Of a stretch of 64,000 nucleotides of DNA, positions 58,127 to 64,000 are shown one piece after another. Origin of the DNA: a bacterium. Its GTDB lineage: Bacteria; Krumholzibacteriota; Krumholzibacteriia; LZORAL124-64-63. A program made the position numbers and the translations under genes. The stretch covers positions 3,671 to 67,670 of the forward strand of contig JADJIV010000020.1 in NCBI GenBank assembly GCA_016706845.1, in the 5' to 3' direction. The first letter of the stretch is position 1. Every line of letters begins with the position of its first letter. Under the pieces are notes generated by a model. The model did no database searches, had not been told where the DNA came from, and saw only the letters and a program-made list of their open reading frames with translations.

Positions 58127-59563
58127 TCAGTCGGGGACCTGCATGACAAGCGGGGCCTCGGCCAGCCATGGGTGCCGCCGGCGCAGTTCCTCGGCACCCC
58201 CCGCTTCACGCGGCCACCACACGCCGGCGCGCCGGGAGTGCCACAACAGGGCGGCGCTGTCGGTCAGGATCGGGCCCGGGGGCAGGTCACGGCAGCGCGC
58301 GACGGCCGTCGGCAAACCGGGCGCGGCGGCGATCGCCCGCTCCCGCGCCTGGTCCCATCCCGGCAGGCGCGCCGGGGTCAGCACCAGGGCGACGGTGCCG
58401 GCCGCGACCAGCACGGCGGCGCGCATCGACGATCGCATGGCGGGCCGGACCTCCCGCAGCCGGTCGGCGAGAAGCAGCCAGAGCTCCCAGGCGGCGGCCG
58501 GCAGCAGGACGGCCAGGTGGCGCAGGTCGTGGGAGAAGGGGGCGTAGACGATCACCAGCAGCGCGAGGGTCCCGGCCAGCAGCGCCGTCGGCCGCAGCGC
58601 GTTGCGACCGTCCGGCCGACGGACGACCGCCGCGGCGACGCCGGCGGCCAGCATTCCCCAGGGCAGCCAGTTGTCCAGCCGCGCCAGGTAGTAGACCAGC
58701 CCCCGGACGGCCTTGCCGAGCAGCACGTCGGGCCGGCGCAGGAGCGTCGCGCCAAGCCACTCCGGGCTCTCCCGCAAGTAGGCGGCGTAACCGGGCAGCT
58801 CCGCCGTTCCCTTCAGGTGCTCGGCGTAGGCCTGCAGCGCGAAGAACGGCTGGCCGGTCACCACGAGGTTGCGGATCCACCACGGCGCCATCACGAGCCC
58901 CCAGACCGCGGCGGTCCGCAGCAGCGCGCGGCCGCGGCAGCCGGTCAGCAGCAGCCACAGCCAGGGCACCCAGACCAGATCGGTCCGCAGCAGCGCGACG
59001 GCCGCGGCGAGCAGGCCGTCGATCGCGGCCGCGGGCGCTGAGGCCGCGGCACCTTCGCGCCGCCGCACCCAGAGCAGCAGCAGCAGCAGCGCGACCGGCG
59101 TCTCGACCTGGGACCAGCCCGCGGTCATCGCCAGCAGCGGGCTCAGCAGCAGCGTGGCGCACCAGGGCAGGGCGGCGTCGAGCCGACCCCGTCGCTGCAA
59201 CGCCGCCCCACCGACCGCGACCGTCAGGCCGAGCAGCGCCGCGTGGAGCAGGCGCGTCAGGTCCTCGGCCCGCCGCGGGTCGTCGCCCGACAGGCCGACC
59301 GGCAACGTCAGCAGCACGGGGTAGCCGGGCGGGCGGTGGATCAGCGGCTGCGGCGCGCGGTCGGCGAAGGGGAACGACAGCGACAGGGGGTAGACCACGT
59401 CGCTCAGGAAGCCTTCGCCGCGCACCAGGTGGCGGGCCGTCGCCAGGTGGGTGTAGAGGTCGCTGTCCTCGGGCGAGGGGGTCGCGGGGTGCGCGGCGAT
59501 CCAGGCGAGGGTGAAGACGGCGGCGGCCGCCGCGAGCGCCGCCGCGCGGCGGCCGCCGGACAC
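58127..59563 (-). CDS. polytopic GT-C-fold glycosyltransferase-like membrane protein (ArnT/PMT family-like)
   Basis: 478 aa with more than 10 hydrophobic helices and an N-terminal loop containing DSDLYTHLATARH. Family call is tentative. Confidence 0.5.
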   Translation of the reverse strand: MSGGRRAAALAAAAAVFTLAWIAAHPATPSPEDSDLYTHLATARHLVRGEGFLSDVVYPLSLSFPFADRAPQPLIHRPPGYPVLLTLPVGLSGDDPRRAEDLTRLLHAALLGLTVAVGGAALQRRGRLDAALPWCATLLLSPLLAMTAGWSQVETPVALLLLLLWVRRREGAAASAPAAAIDGLLAAAVALLRTDLVWVPWLWLLLTGCRGRALLRTAAVWGLVMAPWWIRNLVVTGQPFFALQAYAEHLKGTAELPGYAAYLRESPEWLGATLLRRPDVLLGKAVRGLVYYLARLDNWLPWGMLAAGVAAAVVRRPDGRNALRPTALLAGTLALLVIVYAPFSHDLRHLAVLLPAAAWELWLLLADRLREVRPAMRSSMRAAVLVAAGTVALVLTPARLPGWDQARERAIAAAPGLPTAVARCRDLPPGPILTDSAALLWHSRRAGVWWPREAGGAEELRRRHPWLAEAPLVMQVPD

Positions 59564-59564
59564 C

Positions 59565-60140
59565 TCAGGCCGTCCCGCGGCTGCCGGGCTTCACCACGGG
59601 CAGGCCCTGGCGGCACAGCGGGCAGTCGTCCGCCGGCCAGGTCACGACGTCCACCTTCAGCAGGGACGCGACCGGCACGGGCAGCGCCACGTCCGCCGTC
59701 GTGCGGTCGACCAGGGCGGCGGCGCCGACCACGATGCCGCCCGCGGCCGTGACGATGTCCGCCACCTCCTGCGTCGAGGTGCCGCGGGTGATGACGTCTT
59801 CGACGATGAGCGCCTTGTCGCCCTTCTCCAGCGTGAAATCGCGGCGCAGGCTCATCACGCCGTCCTTGCGCTCGGTGAACACGAAGCGGCGGCCCAGGGC
59901 GCGGGCGACCTCGTGGCCCAGCAGCAGCGCGCCGAGGGCGGGCGAGACCACCACGTCGACGCGCGCCGCGTCGCAGCGCACGGCCAGGCGACGGCCGAGG
60001 TCCAGGGCCAGTTCCGGGTACTGCAGGACCAGCGCACACTGGAAGTAGGTGTCGCTGTGGCGGCCGCTGCTCAGCAGGAAGTGGCCGCGCCGCAGCGCGC
60101 CCAGCTCGGTCATCAGGTCCATCAGGGCGGTGTCGTTCAT
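59565..60140 (-). CDS. pyrE: orotate phosphoribosyltransferase
   Basis: PRPP-binding motif [16 protein letters not shown] 60140 in an ATGA overlap with pyrF. Confidence 0.9.
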   Translation of the reverse strand: MNDTALMDLMTELGALRRGHFLLSSGRHSDTYFQCALVLQYPELALDLGRRLAVRCDAARVDVVVSPALGALLLGHEVARALGRRFVFTERKDGVMSLRRDFTLEKGDKALIVEDVITRGTSTQEVADIVTAAGGIVVGAAALVDRTTADVALPVPVASLLKVDVVTWPADDCPLCRQGLPVVKPGSRGTA

Positions 60141-60885
60141 CGTCGGCACAACTCCTCGGTGATGGCGCGCAGGGCGGCGCCGGGGTCGGGGGCCCCGGTC
60201 ACGGGCCGGCCCACGACCAGGAAGTCGGCGCCGTCGGCGAGCGCCCGCGCCGGCGTGGCGACGCGGCGCTGGTCGTCGTCGGCGCCGCCGGCCGGGCGGA
60301 CGCCCGGCGTCACGGCCAGGATCCCGGGGCCCAGGGCCGCGCGCAGGGCGCGCAGGTCCGGGGCGCGCAGACGACCCCGTCGCAGCCGGCCTCCCAGGCG
60401 AGGCGCGCCAGGCGCACGACGCGCTCGGCGGGGGTGCCGCCGCCGGGAGCCGTCTGCTCGAGCTCGTCCGCGCCGAGACTCGTGAGTACCGTGACGGCCA
60501 GCAGGGCCGGGCGCCGGCCGCCGACGGCGCCCGCGCGCGCCGCCGCGACCGCGGCTTCCAGCATGCGGCGCCCGCCGTCGGCGTGCAGGGTGAGCAGGCT
60601 CACGTCCAGCGCGCAGGCGGCGCGCACCGCGCCGGCGACGGTGTTGGGGATGTCCTTGAGCTTGAGGTCGAGGAAGACGTCGCGGCCCGCGGCGCGCAGG
60701 TCGGCCACGACGGCCGGCCCCGCGGCGGTGAACAGCTCCAGGCCGACCTTGACCAGGCGGCCGCGGGGGCCGAGCGCGCCCGCGAGCCGCAGGGCGTCGT
60801 CGCGGCCGGCGACGTCCAGGGCGGTGATGACGCGCTCGTCGACGGGGGCGCCGCGCAGGGACGCCAGCAGTTGTTCGCGGTTCAT
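60137..60885 (-). CDS. pyrF: orotidine 5'-phosphate decarboxylase (frame change at GGGG 60360-60363)
   Basis: [11 protein letters not shown] motif. The C-terminal part (…[22 protein letters not shown]…DFLVVGRP) is in a second frame. Confidence 0.85.
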
Positions 60886-61027
60886 GGCCGGATGTCCTCG
60901 GTCGCGGGACGGCGGCGGGGGGCGATTTGCCTTGCCCGCTCCAGACCGTTAGTCTATACCCTTCTACCAGCCGCCAGGGCCGAATGCAACGTGAAATCAG
61001 CCCGCCGACGCGCGGGGGAGGGCACCC

Positions 61028-62287
61028 GTGCTGGACCGGAAATTCCTGCGCGAGAACCGGGAACTCGTGACCGCCGCCGTCGCCGCCAAGCGCGACTCGG
61101 CGGACGTCGACGCCTACTACCGCGCCGACGGGGAGCGCCGGGCCTGCCTGCAGGAGTACGAGGAGCTGCAGGCCGAGGCCAACCGCGCCAACAAGGCCAT
61201 CGCCGCCGGCCGCAAGTCCGGCGCCGACACCGGCGCCGACCTCGCGCGCATGAAGGTGATCTCCGCCCGCCTCAAGGACCTCCGGCAGCAGGCCGACGCC
61301 GCCGAGGCCGCCGCCGAGACGCTCTACCTGCGGCTGCCCAACGTGCCGCACGCGAGCGTGCGCACCGGCGGCGAGCAGGACAACACCGTGGTGCGCAGCT
61401 GGGGCGAGATCCCCGCGCCCGCCTTCGCCGTGAAGCCCCACTGGGACCTCGGCGCCGAACTCGGCCTCATGGACCTCGAGGCCGCCGCCCGCATGTCGGG
61501 CTCGGGCTTCACCCTGCTCACCGGCCAGGGCGCCCGCCTCGAGCGGGCCCTGATCAACTTCATGCTCGACGTGCACCTCGAGCAGGGCTACGTCGAAGTC
61601 AACGCGCCCTACCTCGTCAACCGCGAGGCGATGACCGGCACCGGCCAGCTGCCCAAGATGGAAGAGGACATGTACGCCTGTCCGCTCGACGGGCTCTACC
61701 TGATCCCGACGGCCGAGGTCCCGGTCACCAACATGCACCGCCAGTCGACGCTGGACTGGGAGCGCCTGCCGCTGAAGTACGTCGCCTTCTCGCCCTGCTT
61801 CCGCCGCGAGGCCGGCGCGGCGGGCAAGGACACCCGCGGCCTGCTGCGCGTCCACCAGTTCCACAAGGTGGAGATGGTGCAGTTCGTGCGGCCGGGGACG
61901 TCCTACGAGACCCTGGAGACCCTGACCGACGACGCCGAGGAGATCCTGCGCCGGCTGGGGCTGCCCTACCGCGTCGTGGCCCTCGCTTCGGGCGACCTCA
62001 GCTTCGCGGCGGCCAAGTGCTACGACCTGGAGGCGTGGGCCGCCGGCGTCGGCAAGTGGCTGGAAGTGTCGAGCTGCAGCAACTTCGAGGATTTCCAGGC
62101 CCGCCGCGCCGGCATCCGCGCCAAGGGTCCCGACGGCGCCGTCTTCGTCCACACCCTCAACGGCTCCGGCCTCGCGCTGCCCCGCGTCCTGGTGGCGATC
62201 CTCGAGAACTACCAGACGCCCGACGGGCGCGTCCGCGTGCCCGAGGTCCTGCGCCCCTACCTGGGCGGACTCGAACACCTCGGGTAA
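61028..62287 (+). CDS. serS: seryl-tRNA synthetase
   Basis: N-terminal coiled-coil arm and class II core ([25 protein letters not shown]). GTG start. Confidence 0.95.
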   Translation: MLDRKFLRENRELVTAAVAAKRDSADVDAYYRADGERRACLQEYEELQAEANRANKAIAAGRKSGADTGADLARMKVISARLKDLRQQADAAEAAAETLYLRLPNVPHASVRTGGEQDNTVVRSWGEIPAPAFAVKPHWDLGAELGLMDLEAAARMSGSGFTLLTGQGARLERALINFMLDVHLEQGYVEVNAPYLVNREAMTGTGQLPKMEEDMYACPLDGLYLIPTAEVPVTNMHRQSTLDWERLPLKYVAFSPCFRREAGAAGKDTRGLLRVHQFHKVEMVQFVRPGTSYETLETLTDDAEEILRRLGLPYRVVALASGDLSFAAAKCYDLEAWAAGVGKWLEVSSCSNFEDFQARRAGIRAKGPDGAVFVHTLNGSGLALPRVLVAILENYQTPDGRVRVPEVLRPYLGGLEHLG

Positions 62288-62296
62288 GGAGGCGGC

Positions 62297-63547
62297 ATGG
62301 CCTGGTGGCCCGGGACATTGCGGTTCCTGCGCAGGCGCCGGGTCTTCACCGCCTACGTGCTGGCCGGCAGCCTCGCGATCCTGATGATCGTCGGCTGGGG
62401 GGCGTACCGCGTCGCCGGCCGCGTGGAGCAGCAGGCGCAGCTCTCGACCTGGCTGCTGTCGCACTTCGCGAGCGTGCACCTCGGACAGGGGGGGGGCGGC
62501 GGCCTGCAGGAAGTCCTGCTGCGCTCGCGCGAGCTGGACGTGCCCTTCATCGTGACCGACAACCAGGGCCGCCCGCTGCTGTGGAACTCGCCGGTCGTGG
62601 GCATCCCGATGCCGGATTCGCTGGAGACGCTGGCGCGCGTGAACCCCGCCGGCGGCAACGGCGGCGACCTCGACCGGATCCTGGCGCTGGTGAAGCAGTA
62701 CGACGCCCGCAACGAGCCGTTCGCCATCACGGACCCGCGCACCGGCCAGCGCGTGCTGACGCTGCACTACGGCGCCTCGGCCCTCAGCCGCCAGATCCGC
62801 TGGCTGCCCTACGCCGAACTGGCGCTGCTGGCGGTCTTCTTCCTGCTGATCGTCTGGGCCCTGAGCCTGCAGCGCGAGGGCCACGAGCAGAAGCTCTTCG
62901 CCGGCATGGCCAAGGAAACGGCCCACCAGTTGGGCACGCCCATCACCTCGATCATGGGCTGGCTGGAGATCCTGCGCGACCGCCGCCCCGACGACGTCGT
63001 CGAGGAGCTCGGCCGCGACGTGGCCCGCCTGGGCAAGGTGTCCGAACGCTTCAGCCAGATCGGTTCGCGGCCGCAGCTCGCGGACGCCGACCTGGCGGCG
63101 ACCGTCGAGTCGACCGTCGCCTACTTCCGCCGCCGGCTGCCCCACCTCGGCGGCCACGTCGAGATCACGGTCGCGGACCGCCACACCCGCGGCTGCCGGT
63201 TCAACCGGGACCTGCTGGAGTGGGTGCTCGAGAACCTGATCAAGAACGGCATCGACGCGATGAAGGACGGCGTGGGCGAGATCGTGCTGTCCCTGGACGA
63301 CGGCGCCGACGGCGCGGTCCAGCTGCGGGTCCGGGACACCGGCTGCGGCGTCGCGCCCCAGCACCGGAACCGCATCTTCGAGGCCGGGTATACGACCAAG
63401 AGCCGCGGCTGGGGGATGGGGCTGGCCCTGGTCCGGCGCATCGTCGTGCAGTACCACGGCGGGCGCATCCAGATCGAGGAGACGGGCGCGGGGGGGACCA
63501 CCTTCCTGATCACGCTGCCGGGAGAGGAGCCGTTTGTCGCCGTATAG
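62297..63547 (+). CDS. sensor histidine kinase
   Basis: Two TM segments, H-box [14 protein letters not shown]-box [10 protein letters not shown] and G-boxes DTGCGV/GWGMGL. Confidence 0.9.
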   Translation: MAWWPGTLRFLRRRRVFTAYVLAGSLAILMIVGWGAYRVAGRVEQQAQLSTWLLSHFASVHLGQGGGGGLQEVLLRSRELDVPFIVTDNQGRPLLWNSPVVGIPMPDSLETLARVNPAGGNGGDLDRILALVKQYDARNEPFAITDPRTGQRVLTLHYGASALSRQIRWLPYAELALLAVFFLLIVWALSLQREGHEQKLFAGMAKETAHQLGTPITSIMGWLEILRDRRPDDVVEELGRDVARLGKVSERFSQIGSRPQLADADLAATVESTVAYFRRRLPHLGGHVEITVADRHTRGCRFNRDLLEWVLENLIKNGIDAMKDGVGEIVLSLDDGADGAVQLRVRDTGCGVAPQHRNRIFEAGYTTKSRGWGMGLALVRRIVVQYHGGRIQIEETGAGGTTFLITLPGEEPFVAV

Positions 63548-64000
63548 GATCCTGTGGGTCGACGACCAGATCGAGGAGCTGCGCTCCCACGTCGTGTACC
63601 TCACCGAGAAGGGCTACCAGGTGGACGGCGTCAACAACGGGCGCGACGCCGTCGCCATGCTGGCCGGCGCCCGCTACGACGCGGTGCTGCTGGACGAGAT
63701 GATGCCGGGCATGGGCGGCCTCGAGACGCTGGTCGAGATCAAGAAGGTGCGCGAGAACGTCCCGGTGATCATGATCACCAAGAGCGAGGAGGAGGACCTG
63801 ATGCGGCGCGCCATCGGCAGCCGCATCGACGACTACCTGGTCAAGCCGGTCTCCCCGCTGCAGATCGTCTCGGCGCTCAAGCGCCTGCTCGAGGGCCGCC
63901 GCATCCTGGGCGAGCAGGTCAACCGCGACTACCTCGCCCACTACGGCACGGTCGGCGGTCGCCTGGCCCGCGCCAAAACGCCCGGCGACTGGGAGGCGCT
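63533..64000 (+). CDS. response regulator, receiver domain (PorX-like; 3' truncated by the window end)
   Basis: TTG start overlapping the kinase 3' end. ILWVDDQ…[11 protein letters not shown]…[26 protein letters not shown]. Sequence continues beyond the receiver domain. Confidence 0.8.

Overview
This is a very GC-rich bacterial chromosomal segment (GC not computed; third codon positions are almost all G/C). It is gene-dense on both strands, with about 55 supportable protein genes. By eye I found no rRNA, tRNA, CRISPR array, transposase, integrase or phage genes.

Most of the content is housekeeping: metG, serS, pyrE/pyrF, nadE, tmk, rsmI, rsgA, apbC/mrp, ltaE, an S41 protease and a Cys/Met PLP enzyme. 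The rest is largely cell-envelope functions: a ClC channel, an NfeD-SPFH pair, GT2/GT9/GT-C glycosyltransferases, a Wzy-like ligase, a sulfatase-like enzyme and an M50 protease.

A FlgD-Ig/T9SS-type C-terminal domain, PorV-like barrels and a PorX-like response regulator suggest an FCB-group or Gemmatimonadota-like uncultured lineage. That placement is inference only.

The most interesting loci are:
1. 26.4-36.4 kb: a tightly packed plus-strand locus. It encodes a secreted protein with three lamin-tail-domain modules, two PorV-like barrels, a ComEA-type helix-hairpin-helix domain fused to a large beta-barrel, and a 5'-nucleotidase. I propose it is an uncharacterised surface system for capturing and scavenging extracellular nucleic acid.
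2. 9.8-14.1 kb: a compact four-gene ceramide-phospholipid (sphingolipid) cluster.
3. 50.4-57.9 kb: a double ABC module followed by two M16 peptidases.
4. Unassigned structured non-coding elements at 21.65 kb and 57.9-58.1 kb.

Quality caveat: at least ten genes change reading frame at short homopolymers. In addition, a block of about 1.1 kb of C-tract followed by G-tract (23.15-24.24 kb) sits between two convergent genes. Both look like sequencing or assembly artefacts, and gene models there are provisional.
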